A stretch of 64,000 bases of DNA from positions 704,001-768,000 of the forward strand of contig OZ242326.1 of assembly GCA_965208325.1 (NCBI GenBank), read 5' to 3'. The notes below the pieces were generated by a model. That model had not been told where the DNA came from and did no database searches. It worked only from the letters and a program-made list of their open reading frames with translations. The translations under genes were made by a program, and so were the position numbers. Shown piece after piece: positions 18,217 to 28,509 of the stretch (within the stretch, counting starts at the first letter, position 1; the number at the start of each line of letters is the position of its first letter). Source of the stretch: Candidatus Poribacteria bacterium. Lineage in GTDB: Bacteria > Poribacteria > WGA-4E > PCPOR2b.

Positions 18217-20436
18217 TCACTCTCGCGCTTCTGCTTGTGTATTCAAATTCAGCCTTCTTGAGACGGTCAGTATTGACTTGATTACGACAATTGCCGGAAA
18301 GGCGAGGAGTACGCCCCAAAAGCCGAACACAGTTGCGCCGAATATCACGGTGAACATTATCACCAGCGGATCGACATTTATGGCTCTGCTCATGACTTTC
18401 GGCGAGATTAGTGAGTTGTCAATCGCTTGTATACCAAAAATTGCGCCCAACAGAATTGCAATCCGAAATAGCAAACCAATCGAATCAAAATCGCCGGCAG
18501 CGAACCCCATCAGCAGCGAGAGAATGGCAACGCCGCCTCCGATAAATGGCCCAAAAGTAGGAATAGCATTGCACAGTCCCGCGAGCAATCCAATGACCAG
18601 CGCGAACGGCACACCGATGATTGAATACACCACTACTGAAATGATACCGATGATAAAACTGACGGCAACCTGTCCCCGCAAGAATGACTCCATAGTACGG
18701 TTAATCTCTGTCAGATATAACCTCACAATAGTGCGATGCCTATCGGGAAACAGATTTACCAAATCTTGTGTATATCGGTTGAACGATTGGCCCGCGTAAA
18801 TAAAGACAATGAGCGCCAAGAATACCGTCGCTAAGAATCCGCCGAATCCGAAAGCAATAGTTGAGAATTTCGTGACAAACTTCACGATGGATTCGCCGAC
18901 TGTGCGCGCCAATCCAGAAAATCTTTCGGTTAACTCACCTTGTAACAAATTGGCAAAATTCGTGCCCCCAACTGATTTGAGCAACTGACTGTCTTTCAGA
19001 TCGGCGAGGACCCCTCGTTTCGCACTCACACCTGTGAAGCGCCAATCAGCGGGATTGGTTCTGCGATAGATCCCGCGGCGATTACCCGCATAAATTGTAC
19101 CGTGTTGAGGCAGCGAAGCCAGTAGAGGAACTGATGACGGAGTTGGCTCGAGTGACGCCTCGATTGGTTGCCACTGTGCGTGATTCTGCAAAATTCGGAG
19201 CCTAATTTGCGACATCGTCTCGTCTAAATGAGCGTTCAAGTCGAACAGCCACTCATAAATCCCGTTCGATGTCCCCGCAAAGAGCCGTTCATGTGCTACA
19301 GCGAGCGCATGAATTTCCGCATCGCCGAGTCCTGCCGGTGTAATGGGCGTCCAAGTCTTACCTTCGTCGACACTTTTATACACGCCTAAATTAGAAGCAA
19401 CAAATACGGATTTTGTACCCTTGGCTGAACAGGCAACACTCAATATGGAAATTTCACCTTGAGACACTCCGGTATATTCATCAACACGCACCTCCTCCCA
19501 AGTTGCGCCGCGATCGGTGCTGGAATAAAGTCCAGTGTCAGTTCCCACATACAACTGCGCGAGATTCCATGAAGGTATTGCAATCGCTTGAATAGATTTT
19601 CCAGCGAAAGCGTCTGTTCCGATCTGTACCCACGTGGTGATGTCTGTTTCCATATTGTCCGTGGTTTTAGGTACATACAACCCCTGTGCCGTGCCGACGT
19701 GAATCTGATGGTCGCCTGTTCCCACAGCAACCGCTTGAATGGACTGTCCAATCAAAACTCCCCCGGTTATGTCCTCAGGCCGGTTTTTACCATCCGCAAA
19801 GCGGTAGATACCGTGTGTTGTTCCGAGGTAAACTATGTTAGAACCGTCAGGTTGGCGGTGAACGGCGACTGCGTGGTATTCATTGCCAATTGCGAACGGC
19901 AACATATGGTTGTAGAATCTCACCAATCCGCTAACCATGTCCCTCGATTGCCTGCTGACCTGTGGTATTATGTACAGCAATAACATAGCGAACACCCCAA
20001 GGGTCAAGGCAGTTAGGACTACGCGGGCTGTCCTCCGGGACAGATGCAAACGCCTGCCCCGTGTCAGCGGAATATCCTGTATGGTGTTGAGCAAAAATCG
20101 GAAGAAGTAAGCGAAGCCAAACCCCAGAATGAATGGTAACAAGATATTCGACAAGTTTATGAACAACCAGATACTTACCATGGCGAGCAGAACTTTGACC
20201 ACGCTCTTAACCTCTACTTGCCGATAGATGGAGGACAAGAGAAAGATAAGCAGAATCGGAACCATAGGATGCAATAGCAGAATCCTTTCCCCACCCGAAC
20301 CTTTTCCCTCTGGCCCGATAAAGTAGGCAAACGCAACCCAACCCGCCGCAAGCACAACGGTAATAATGGCATAGACGGAACCGTTTGCCGTCCCTTCATT
20401 TGAGTGTGATTGATCACCAGGGGAACTGTTCGTCAT
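18217..20436 (-). CDS. AI-2E (PerM) family transporter with an inserted BNR/Asp-box beta-propeller
   Basis: FLRGQ, IPTFGPFIG, Q.IDN.LISPKVM, GFWGVLLAFP AI-2E motifs; insert with repeated YxGT.xGxY and SxDxGxTW. Confidence 0.85.
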   Translation of the reverse strand: MTNSSPGDQSHSNEGTANGSVYAIITVVLAAGWVAFAYFIGPEGKGSGGERILLLHPMVPILLIFLLSSIYRQVEVKSVVKVLLAMVSIWLFINLSNILLPFILGFGFAYFFRFLLNTIQDIPLTRGRRLHLSRRTARVVLTALTLGVFAMLLLYIIPQVSRQSRDMVSGLVRFYNHMLPFAIGNEYHAVAVHRQPDGSNIVYLGTTHGIYRFADGKNRPEDITGGVLIGQSIQAVAVGTGDHQIHVGTAQGLYVPKTTDNMETDITTWVQIGTDAFAGKSIQAIAIPSWNLAQLYVGTDTGLYSSTDRGATWEEVRVDEYTGVSQGEISILSVACSAKGTKSVFVASNLGVYKSVDEGKTWTPITPAGLGDAEIHALAVAHERLFAGTSNGIYEWLFDLNAHLDETMSQIRLRILQNHAQWQPIEASLEPTPSSVPLLASLPQHGTIYAGNRRGIYRRTNPADWRFTGVSAKRGVLADLKDSQLLKSVGGTNFANLLQGELTERFSGLARTVGESIVKFVTKFSTIAFGFGGFLATVFLALIVFIYAGQSFNRYTQDLVNLFPDRHRTIVRLYLTEINRTMESFLRGQVAVSFIIGIISVVVYSIIGVPFALVIGLLAGLCNAIPTFGPFIGGGVAILSLLMGFAAGDFDSIGLLFRIAILLGAIFGIQAIDNSLISPKVMSRAINVDPLVIMFTVIFGATVFGFWGVLLAFPAIVVIKSILTVSRRLNLNTQAEARE

Positions 20437-20562
20437 TCTGACGTTATGACAACCTATGTATTAGGTGTATTTCAAATGAGTGGAGTGCTACTATTGCATC
20501 CTGAGCCGAATTTAAGCGAACAACACCAATATAAAAGTCAAGCAGATTGCAGAAAACAAATG

Positions 20563-20590
20563 CACACCCCTGGTCATGACCTGGGGTGTG
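20563..20590 (-). terminator. Intrinsic terminator after the DAACS symporter gene
   Basis: CACACCCC-TGGTC-AT-GACCT-GGGGTGTG hairpin followed by a T-rich run on the minus strand. Confidence 0.6.
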
Positions 20591-20672
20591 ACTAGAAGTA
20601 GTCATTATGAAATCGAAGTTCCTAACAACGCCTTTTTTAACCGCAACAGATAGGGCGACTTTTGAAACTCAT

Positions 20673-22283
20673 TTAGGCGGTAGCAGCCTCACGTTCCGAA
20701 GTACCACCATTTTCGAGAGTCTCGACAACGCCAGCACCAACGCTGTCGCCCCAAACATTGACCGTCGTTCGGAATCGGTCTAGCAGCCAATCGATTGTCA
20801 GAATAAGCCCAATCCCTTCAATCGGCAGGTCGACGGCTCTGAGGACAATAACCATTGTGACAAGCCCAGCCTCGGGAATCCCGGCGGCGCCAATTGCCGC
20901 GAGGGTAGCTGTCAGAACAATAACTGTCTGTTCTGCTGGTCCTAGGTGAATTCCGTACACCTGTGCGATAAACATTGCGGCAACTGCTTCATAAAGGGCG
21001 GTCCCGTCCATGTTAATCGTAGCGCCGAGCGGCAGGACAAAACTTGCAGTTCGGTTTGAAACCTTATTTTCCTTTTCGACATCCCTCATGGATAACGGCA
21101 GCGTCGCGGACGAGGAAGCTGTCGAAAAAGCGTTCAATAGCGCGGTACTCATGCCCTTCGCGTACCTTAGCGGATTCCTTCGTGCAACTATTAACAGGAT
21201 AAGTGGCAATACAACAAAACCGTGCACGCCAAGTCCAAACACGACGGTAAAACTATACTTACCGACCGCCATCAGCTCGGGCAGGAAATCCTTAAATCCG
21301 CCAGCGTGACCAATACGCCCGGCGACGAGTCCAAAGATGCCGACAGGGGCGAGAACCATAATCCAGTGCACCAATCTCATCACCGCCTCATTCAAGCCCG
21401 AAATAACACTTATAGCGGGGCGACCTTGATCGCCGAGAATTGAAAGTGCAGCGCCAATTAATAACGAGAAGAAGATCAGCGGCAAGATATCCATTCGTGC
21501 CATTGCGTTGAAGACGTTGTTGGGAATCATTCCTTCTTTTCCTGTCGATTTGTCTCCAAGCAGCACCTCTTTTAGCGTTCCACCCATATCCCGTTCTTCT
21601 TTACCCTGGACTTCTTGCGCAACGGGCAATTTTATCTCTAGCCCTCTTCCATTCTGTGATAATACAGGATCGGCGGAAACTACCTCTCCGTTCACGCGGC
21701 GGAACGGTAGATGCTCGCCGCTATCGGTTGCAATATGGAACACGCCTTCTGCCCTGTTTTTCCAAGATTTCACCGTCGCGGAATTCTTAGTCATGGATTC
21801 GATTTCGCCCTCTACTAGCTGATCAGGCAACCTCAGGACGTATTTTTCACTATAACGTGACCTTTTCCAATGGCCGTCTGTCAGGTTGACGGTACGGTTA
21901 CCATCACCGCCAAGTGTATACGCCAACTCTGGATTCTTTTCGCCGTGTGAGATGCCTTTACCGGGTTGAACGATGTTGACCAGAATAATGCCAATCAACA
22001 CTGAAATTGCGGTAGTCGCCATATAGTAGAGAACTGTGCGCCCACCGATGGACCCAAGGTTACGTATATCGCCCAAGCCAGTAATCCCAACAACCATTGA
22101 GAGCATGACAAGCGGAACAACAATCATCTTCAGTGCATTTAAGAAAATCTCGCCGAGAATGGACGTTTTTGCAGCAATATTGGGCAGCCAACCACCGATA
22201 ATTATTCCGACGACAATGGCGACTATGATGCCAATGAGGATTTTGTGTCCTCCGCTATTTTCGGCATGTGCGTTATGATTCAT
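20673..22283 (-). CDS. Dicarboxylate/amino acid:cation symporter (GltP/DAACS) with an enlarged extracellular loop
   Basis: FLNALKMIVVPLV, STASSSATLP, PLGATINMDGTALYE, GAAGIP and DRFRTTVNVWGD motifs. Confidence 0.93.
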   Translation of the reverse strand: MNHNAHAENSGGHKILIGIIVAIVVGIIIGGWLPNIAAKTSILGEIFLNALKMIVVPLVMLSMVVGITGLGDIRNLGSIGGRTVLYYMATTAISVLIGIILVNIVQPGKGISHGEKNPELAYTLGGDGNRTVNLTDGHWKRSRYSEKYVLRLPDQLVEGEIESMTKNSATVKSWKNRAEGVFHIATDSGEHLPFRRVNGEVVSADPVLSQNGRGLEIKLPVAQEVQGKEERDMGGTLKEVLLGDKSTGKEGMIPNNVFNAMARMDILPLIFFSLLIGAALSILGDQGRPAISVISGLNEAVMRLVHWIMVLAPVGIFGLVAGRIGHAGGFKDFLPELMAVGKYSFTVVFGLGVHGFVVLPLILLIVARRNPLRYAKGMSTALLNAFSTASSSATLPLSMRDVEKENKVSNRTASFVLPLGATINMDGTALYEAVAAMFIAQVYGIHLGPAEQTVIVLTATLAAIGAAGIPEAGLVTMVIVLRAVDLPIEGIGLILTIDWLLDRFRTTVNVWGDSVGAGVVETLENGGTSEREAATA

Positions 22284-22499
22284 TTACTAATCTCCGATGT
22301 TGACCCCTGAGGGTAGTGTGAGTTTTAATTATTCGCGGCGCGACCACACTTGCATCGCCCGCTATAATTATACTATTTCCATTGCCTACTGAAGTTTATG
22401 TCGGACAAAATCGTAGGTTTTGTCCAACGGAAGCGCCATTTCAACCAAAGAAACCGATTTTCGCGGATGCCTGTAGCGGCCTACAAGGTGACTGGCGCC

Positions 22500-23200
22500 T
22501 GTCACTCCGTTGAGCCTATGACGTATCGGAATATACTTCTTATACACTCTTATACACGCCTTAGAACCTGTTTGAAGTGTCCAAATCCGTCTTCCGAACA
22601 AGCCACATCGGGGTAAATGCCTTGAAATTCCGATGATTATTGCCCTGAAATGACCGAACAACGGCTCTGCTACATACTTTTCAAACAAGTTCTAACCATG
22701 GTTTTTTACCTGGTAGCCATTTTGGATTGGTTTTCCCGTTATGTGTTGTCATGGGAACAGTCACACTCACTTGATGTATTATTTTTTCTATCGGATTTGG
22801 AACGAGTCCTTACTCAATCAATTCCTTTAATCTTTAACAACGACCAAGGTAGGCAGTGTTCTTTCGAGGCGTTTACTGCAAGACTTGAGGTATCTAACAT
22901 TGCCATTAGGTGGAACGGCAGAGGCAGCTATTATGAAAATATCTTGATTGAACGATGCTGGCATGGTGTCAAGTATGAGGAGGAATATCTTAACGGCTAT
23001 GACTCAATGAACACGGCTCAGCGTCGATTAAGAGATTATTTCAACTTTTACAACCGAGAGCGGTCTCATCAATTGATGGGTTACCGTACGCCCTACGAGG
23101 TGTATTTTCACTAACTTCAGGCGTTGAATATTGACCAGAATTAGTCGGACTTTATTGCTTAAATCTCGTTGATTTCTGTCTAATGGACAGGGGTAATTTA
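22500..23200 (+). mobile_element. Decayed IS3-family insertion sequence (integrase-core remnant, ORF 22650..23114)
   Basis: YLVAILDWFSRYVLSW, IFNNDQG, GRG..ENILIER.W..VKYE, FYNRERSHQ..GY.TP motifs; N-terminal part missing or decayed. Boundaries approximate. Confidence 0.8.
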
Positions 23201-23281
23201 TCTGTGACGCCGCTTGTTTTGCTTTTCTTTCTCAATACGCCATTCCAATCTATATCGCAACAGTGACACCAGGGCTAAACG

Positions 23282-24043
23282 CTAATGTTGCAACGTCTGT
23301 GAGATGAAGAGTTTTGTGCGTTCGTGCTTTGGGTTATCGAAGAAATCCGCAGGGGGGGCTTCCTCTACGATCATTCCTTCGTCGAAGAAAAGGATTCGAT
23401 CTGCGACTTCACGTGCAAATCCCATTTCGTGCGTAACAACAAGCATTGTCATACCGGAGTGCGCGAGTTCGCGCATCACATCGAGGACTTCTGTGATCAT
23501 TTCCGGGTCGAGTGCGCTTGTCGGTTCATCGAAAAGCATTATCTTTGGCTCCATCGCTAATGCTCTCGCGATTGCGACACGTTGCTGTTGTCCACCAGAT
23601 ATTTCCGCGGGATACTTGGACGCTTGATCCGCAATATCCACCCGTTCCAGAAGTGATAAGGCTATTACTTCTGCCTCACTCTTCGACATCTTTCTGACTC
23701 GGATCGGACCTAAGGTTATATTTTGTAGGTTCGTCAGGTGCGGAAATAGGTTGAACTGTTGAAACACCATACCGACTTCTTGACGGATAAGATTGATTTT
23801 ACGGAGGTCGTCGCTCAGTTCTACGCCATCAACGATTATTGTACCGCGCTGATGTTCCTCCAATCGGTTTAACGATCTGATGAATGTCGATTTCCCTGAT
23901 CCAGAGGGACCGCATATTACGGCTCGTTCGCCTTTTTGGAACGAAGTCGTAATTCCCCTGAGGACGTGGAAATCGTCAAACCATTTATGTACATCCTCAC
24001 AGGTGATGATTGGATCGTTCGATGCGTTTTCAAGATTAGCCAT
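23282..24043 (-). CDS. aapP: Amino-acid ABC transporter ATP-binding protein (AapP/BztD type)
   Basis: [28 protein letters not shown] and VTHEMGFA motifs. Confidence 0.92.
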   Translation of the reverse strand: MANLENASNDPIITCEDVHKWFDDFHVLRGITTSFQKGERAVICGPSGSGKSTFIRSLNRLEEHQRGTIIVDGVELSDDLRKINLIRQEVGMVFQQFNLFPHLTNLQNITLGPIRVRKMSKSEAEVIALSLLERVDIADQASKYPAEISGGQQQRVAIARALAMEPKIMLFDEPTSALDPEMITEVLDVMRELAHSGMTMLVVTHEMGFAREVADRILFFDEGMIVEEAPPADFFDNPKHERTKLFISQTLQH

Positions 24044-24061
24044 CTCTTTATATTCCTTTTT

Positions 24062-24178
24062 AATAGCCGTCAGCCGTTGGCAATCAGTTGTCAGCCAGAG
24101 AGCGTTGTGGAAATTACATGAGTTTGTAACGGGCGCGACGATCTACTGACTACTGAATGCCGAGAGTTGATGGCTATT
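24062..24178. repeat. Intergenic inverted-repeat element built from degenerate heptamers
   Basis: Left arm TAGCCGT CAGCCGT TGGCAAT CAGTTGT CAG; right arm CTG ACTACTG AATGCCG AGAGTTG ATGGCTA. The arms are complementary with G-U pairs. Confidence 0.65.
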
Positions 24179-24179
24179 C

Positions 24180-25388
24180 CTAAGTTTTTCCAACACCGAG
24201 TGATGTCTCGATTTGCTGGCTCACATAAGACATCAAATAACAGAACACAAAATAGATTACTGCGACGAATAGGTATACTTCAGCTTGAAGTCCGAGCCAG
24301 TCAGGATTGGCAATAACGATTTTCGCTATCCCCAAAAGATCCAGCAGACCGACAATTGTAACGAGAGATGTATCCTTGAAAAGTGCTATGAATTGTCCAA
24401 CAATCGCGGGTATGACTGAACGAAGCGCTTGCGGTAAGACGATAAACAGTGTTGACTGCACGTAGTTGAGTCCTAATGCTTGTGCAGCCTCGTGTTGCCC
24501 TCTCGGAATTGCTTGAAGTCCACCTCGCACGTTCTCCGCCATGTAAGCGGCGGAGAAGAAAGTAAGTGCCAACATGGCACGTAAGACTTTGTCGAGACGA
24601 ACATCCGGCATGAAAATGGGAATCATGATTTGTGCCATGAACAGAATTGTTATTAACGGCACGCCGCGAATTATCTCAATATAGGCAATTGAGACCCATT
24701 TGACAGCCGGTAAAGAGCTCCGCCGTCCTAACGCCAGCAGGACTCCGAGAGGAAAACAGAAGCAGATACCGACAGCCGCCAAAATTAGCGTCAGAAGGAG
24801 TCCACCCCAATTCGTTGTGGGAACAGCGTTCTCGCCGAAGCCCCGTAGCATTATCAGCGTCCAAGGGAAGGAGAGTATCCATCCCACAAGTACCCAACGG
24901 CGCATTTTGAGTAAAAAGTCTCGACTGCGGATCCCAACGAAAAATAGAGCTGCGATCAAGGCTACGCTGCCCAGTATCCACCCCCGTGTTGTCCAGCTGA
25001 AGGTTGCCATGTCAACCGGTAGAAGGGCACATACGATTCCGGCCCCTCCGATACCGACGGCAAATCTGAGTGTCAGTCCACCCCAAATGCCGCCGCTTAG
25101 CCCCGCCAAGACACATACCGTATAAAGCACAATCCAGACCCGCCATATTTCGGTTTTCGGATAAGGACCGACTAAAAAAAGCCGCAGGTTGGCAGGGATA
25201 ACATCCCAATTTGCATCTGTGAATGCCCAAACCAAAATCCCCTTCAGGACAAAGTACACGATGCCCAAGGCGAAAAGGGTTAATAAGGTGTTGTACCATG
25301 TACTAAAAAGGTTTTCCTTAAGCCACGGCAACACCGCTTTTGAGCTATGAGGTGGTTTAACTTCTTGCTTATGTTCTAACTCAGACAC
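24180..25388 (-). CDS. aapM: Amino-acid ABC transporter permease (AapM/BztC type)
   Basis: WLKENLFSTWYN, WGGLLLTL, IRGVPLITILFM, EAA loop and FKDTSLV. Confidence 0.9.
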   Translation of the reverse strand: MSELEHKQEVKPPHSSKAVLPWLKENLFSTWYNTLLTLFALGIVYFVLKGILVWAFTDANWDVIPANLRLFLVGPYPKTEIWRVWIVLYTVCVLAGLSGGIWGGLTLRFAVGIGGAGIVCALLPVDMATFSWTTRGWILGSVALIAALFFVGIRSRDFLLKMRRWVLVGWILSFPWTLIMLRGFGENAVPTTNWGGLLLTLILAAVGICFCFPLGVLLALGRRSSLPAVKWVSIAYIEIIRGVPLITILFMAQIMIPIFMPDVRLDKVLRAMLALTFFSAAYMAENVRGGLQAIPRGQHEAAQALGLNYVQSTLFIVLPQALRSVIPAIVGQFIALFKDTSLVTIVGLLDLLGIAKIVIANPDWLGLQAEVYLFVAVIYFVFCYLMSYVSQQIETSLGVGKT

Positions 25389-25418
25389 TTTTTGGTGTTC
25401 CTTTTACCTGTTGCCCTG

Positions 25419-26573
25419 TTATCGTCCAATACGGTTAATCCAGCGGTTGTACCAATTCATGCCCGCCGATGTTGTCAAGCTCATGATTAGGTAACTCACC
25501 ATAATCATCGCGAACACAGGTATAGATTGCCCCGTTTGAAGCATCATAGTATGACCGATACTAAACATATCAGGGAACCCAATCGCAATCGCTAAACTTG
25601 AGTTTTTGGCGAGGTTCAAATACTGGCTGGTGAGCGGCGGTACGATAATCGGGACCGCTTGGGGCAGAACGACTAAGCGTAATGTTTGTCCTTCACTTAA
25701 ACCTACCGCTCTCGCTGCTTCTCGTTGTCCCTTTACAACGGCTTGTATCCCGCTTCTCACGATTTCGGCGATGAATGCGCCTGTATAAACAGACAGCCCG
25801 ATTAAAAGTGCAGAGAACTCGGGGGACAGGTTCACTCCCCCGACAAAGTTGAAACCCTTCAAAACTGGAAATTCGAGCGTAAATGGCTTTTCCGGTGTTA
25901 GAAACCATCCCAAAATGGCGACGATTAGAAAGCCGGGAATTGCCCACTTGGCCCGAAAGCCGGGGCGTTCTAACTGTTTAAGTTGCCGCCAGCGTACGAT
26001 GTAAAGTACTGCTGCCAAAATTAGACCTGCGAGAAGGAATCCGCTCCATAATTTCAAGCTAGCTGTAGGTTCAGGTGAGGGGAAATAGAGCCCCCGTTGA
26101 TTAATGAACACACCTCCGGCTAGTGATATGCTCTCTCCGACTCTCGGGAGTTTCAGGATTACAGCACTGTACCAAAACAGTATTTGAAGGAGGAGTGGAA
26201 TGTTGCGGAAACATTCAACGTAAACGGCGGCTAAGGTTCGGATTAACCAGTTGCTGGAGAGGCGGGCGATGCCGGCAATAAACCCCAAAATCGTCGCGCA
26301 TATAATTCCTATGAAACTCACCTTTAGGGTGTTTACCACGCCCACCCAGAACGCTTTGAGGTACGTTTCTGAGGGTGAATATTCAATCCCTTCAGAGATG
26401 TCAAAACCGGCTTCATTCCCCAAAAAGTCAAGGTTGAGCGTTAACCCGAGCTTGCTCAACCCTCTTAACATGTTTGTGTAAAGAAGCCCCGCCAGCAGAA
26501 CGACGCCTATAAGGAAAAGGATTTGGAGCAGCACACGCAGGACGCGGACATCTCGCCAAAAGGGAATGTTCAT
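25419..26573 (-). CDS. aapQ: Amino-acid ABC transporter permease (AapQ/BztB type)
   Basis: AGFDISE, RNIPLLLQ, AFIAEIVRSGI and NLAKNSSLAIAIG motifs. Confidence 0.9.
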   Translation of the reverse strand: MNIPFWRDVRVLRVLLQILFLIGVVLLAGLLYTNMLRGLSKLGLTLNLDFLGNEAGFDISEGIEYSPSETYLKAFWVGVVNTLKVSFIGIICATILGFIAGIARLSSNWLIRTLAAVYVECFRNIPLLLQILFWYSAVILKLPRVGESISLAGGVFINQRGLYFPSPEPTASLKLWSGFLLAGLILAAVLYIVRWRQLKQLERPGFRAKWAIPGFLIVAILGWFLTPEKPFTLEFPVLKGFNFVGGVNLSPEFSALLIGLSVYTGAFIAEIVRSGIQAVVKGQREAARAVGLSEGQTLRLVVLPQAVPIIVPPLTSQYLNLAKNSSLAIAIGFPDMFSIGHTMMLQTGQSIPVFAMIMVSYLIMSLTTSAGMNWYNRWINRIGR

Positions 26574-26601
26574 AGGCTATAATGGTGGTGCCATGGATTC
26601 T

Positions 26602-26633
26602 GATGAATACCTCAGTTGGCTAAGGTATTCATC
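26602..26633. other. Intercistronic stem-loop after the substrate-binding protein gene (mRNA stabiliser or attenuator)
   Basis: GATGAATACCT-10 nt-AGGTATTCATC perfect 11-bp inverted repeat. Confidence 0.6.
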
Positions 26634-26665
26634 CGGTTATTCTCTTCTCTATGAGCAGTGTGCCC

Positions 26666-27682
26666 TTAACGGAAAGGCATGGCGTAAAGCAGCCCACCTC
26701 GTGTCCACGGTTCGTTGACCCCGCGGGGCAAGCCAAGCGGTGTGAGATTGCGTTCAAAGATTTCGCCATAGTTGCCAACAGCATTGATCACTTGATGTGC
26801 CCAATCCCGTGATAGACCGAGTTGTTTGCCTGTATCGCCGGATTTACCTAAAAAACGTTTAATCTCAGGGTTCCCGGTTTCAAAAGTGTTTAAATTGGCT
26901 TGTGTGATCCCGTGTTCTTCGGCGAAGAAGGTCGCATAAACCACCCAACTTACCACATCGTTCCACTTGTTATCACCGTGAACGGTGACGGGCCCCAACG
27001 GTTCTTTTGAGATTGTCGCATCAAGGATAACGTGCGCCTCCGGGTCCTTGAGAACTTGGCGGCGTGCAACCAATTGTGACTTATCAGAGGTCACGACGTC
27101 ACAGCGTCCCTGTTCATAACTGTTGTAAAGGGTATCAATCTCTTCAAAGACGACTGGATTAAAGTCGATGCCTAAGGCTCGCATCGTATCCGTCAAATTT
27201 AGCTCGGTAGTGCTACCCGCTGTTACACCGATACTCGCGCCTGCCAATTCCTCTAATGAGGTAATATTGAGGGCTTTGGGAAGCATAAATCCCTGCCCGT
27301 CATAGAAGGTTGGCGGTGCAAAGTCTGCGCCGACTTGGGTGTCACGGGTGAGCGTCCAAGTGGTGTTACGGATTAAGACATCTATCTCGCCTGTTTGCAG
27401 TGCCGGGAAACGTTCGGGTGCTTTCAAGGGGACGAATTCAACTTTGTCCGGATCGCCGAGGACAGCGGCAGCGATTGCCCTACCGTAGTCTGCATCGAAA
27501 CCGCTCCATTTTCCATCTTCACTTAAGAAACTGAAGCCGGATAATCCTCCGTGGACTCCGCATATCAGTTTGTTTCTCTTTTTAACTCTGTCAAGAATAC
27601 TCTCCTCACCTTGAGCGAGTCCTGGAACTACCAGTGTAATCGCTAAAACCAGTGTAGAAACGTTAGACAAAAATTTACGCAC
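26666..27682 (-). CDS. aapJ: Amino-acid ABC transporter substrate-binding protein (AapJ/BztA type)
   Basis: Signal peptide; RNTTWTLTRD, FYDGQGFM, ISKEPLGP, VGNYGEIFERN and GGLLYAMPFR motifs. Confidence 0.92.
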   Translation of the reverse strand: MRKFLSNVSTLVLAITLVVPGLAQGEESILDRVKKRNKLICGVHGGLSGFSFLSEDGKWSGFDADYGRAIAAAVLGDPDKVEFVPLKAPERFPALQTGEIDVLIRNTTWTLTRDTQVGADFAPPTFYDGQGFMLPKALNITSLEELAGASIGVTAGSTTELNLTDTMRALGIDFNPVVFEEIDTLYNSYEQGRCDVVTSDKSQLVARRQVLKDPEAHVILDATISKEPLGPVTVHGDNKWNDVVSWVVYATFFAEEHGITQANLNTFETGNPEIKRFLGKSGDTGKQLGLSRDWAHQVINAVGNYGEIFERNLTPLGLPRGVNEPWTRGGLLYAMPFR

Positions 27683-28049
27683 AAAAATCCCCTCCTTTTC
27701 GGTATGCCCCTATTGTAGAGGTCGTTTAGCTGAAACACCTTGATTTAAGGTCTATTATCATTGCTAATAACTCAACGTTTCGCTTTTTGCTCCTTTGTAA
27801 GATTGTTTGTTACGCTCTAATGCAACACAACACCAAAGAATGCGCACACAAAGATAACTATGGCAACAAGGGGCTTTGCCCTTCTCAACAAGATTGTTAC
27901 AGTATTCCTTTCTCGTTTTCACCTAAATCGTTCTCGGATATGAAAACAATCTACTACTATAGCATATCGATTTTTATTGTGCCAGAAAAACTTCTCCCGT
28001 GACATTCGATTGAAAATAGTAGATTAATTCGATCAAGTTTCTACAACAG

Positions 28050-28457
28050 CCAATCCATTATGACAACTGAACCGGCGGCGACTCAAGGAATTGATGGTCA
28101 AAGTCACTGACGCCAATGTCCGTAATAATCAGTAAGGCATCGAGTTACTAACAGAAGTGTTTAACCCGTACGTAACCATTCAGTTGGTGTGTGTCGATGC
28201 TGCCTATCGTGAAGAATTTGAAGACTGGTTATATTTTGCTCATCAACGTCAACGGGAGATTGCATCTACGCCTGGACAGCAGAGGTTTGAAGTTATCCCG
28301 TCACGGTGGATAGTTGATCGCACATTCATTTCGCTTGGTTGATTTCGTCGATTGACTTTGGATAATGAAGGATACTCTAACACTGCTGAGACTATGGTAT
28401 ACATCGCTTCCATCTACTTGATGCAAAATCCAATCAAATGATTTTAAAACGGCTCTT
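28050..28457 (+). mobile_element. Decayed IS5-family transposase remnant
   Basis: QSIMTTE..., V.DAAYR, FEVIPSRWIVDRTFISLG*FRRLTLDNEG (cf. RWxVERTFxWLxxxRRLxxDYE) with an internal stop; terminal TTTTAAAACGGCTCT resembles an IS5-type inverted repeat. Confidence 0.75.
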
Positions 28458-28509
28458 AAAGATTCCATTTTCGATTTGTTGATGAGAGAGGGCATCCTAC
28501 CAGTCGTTC

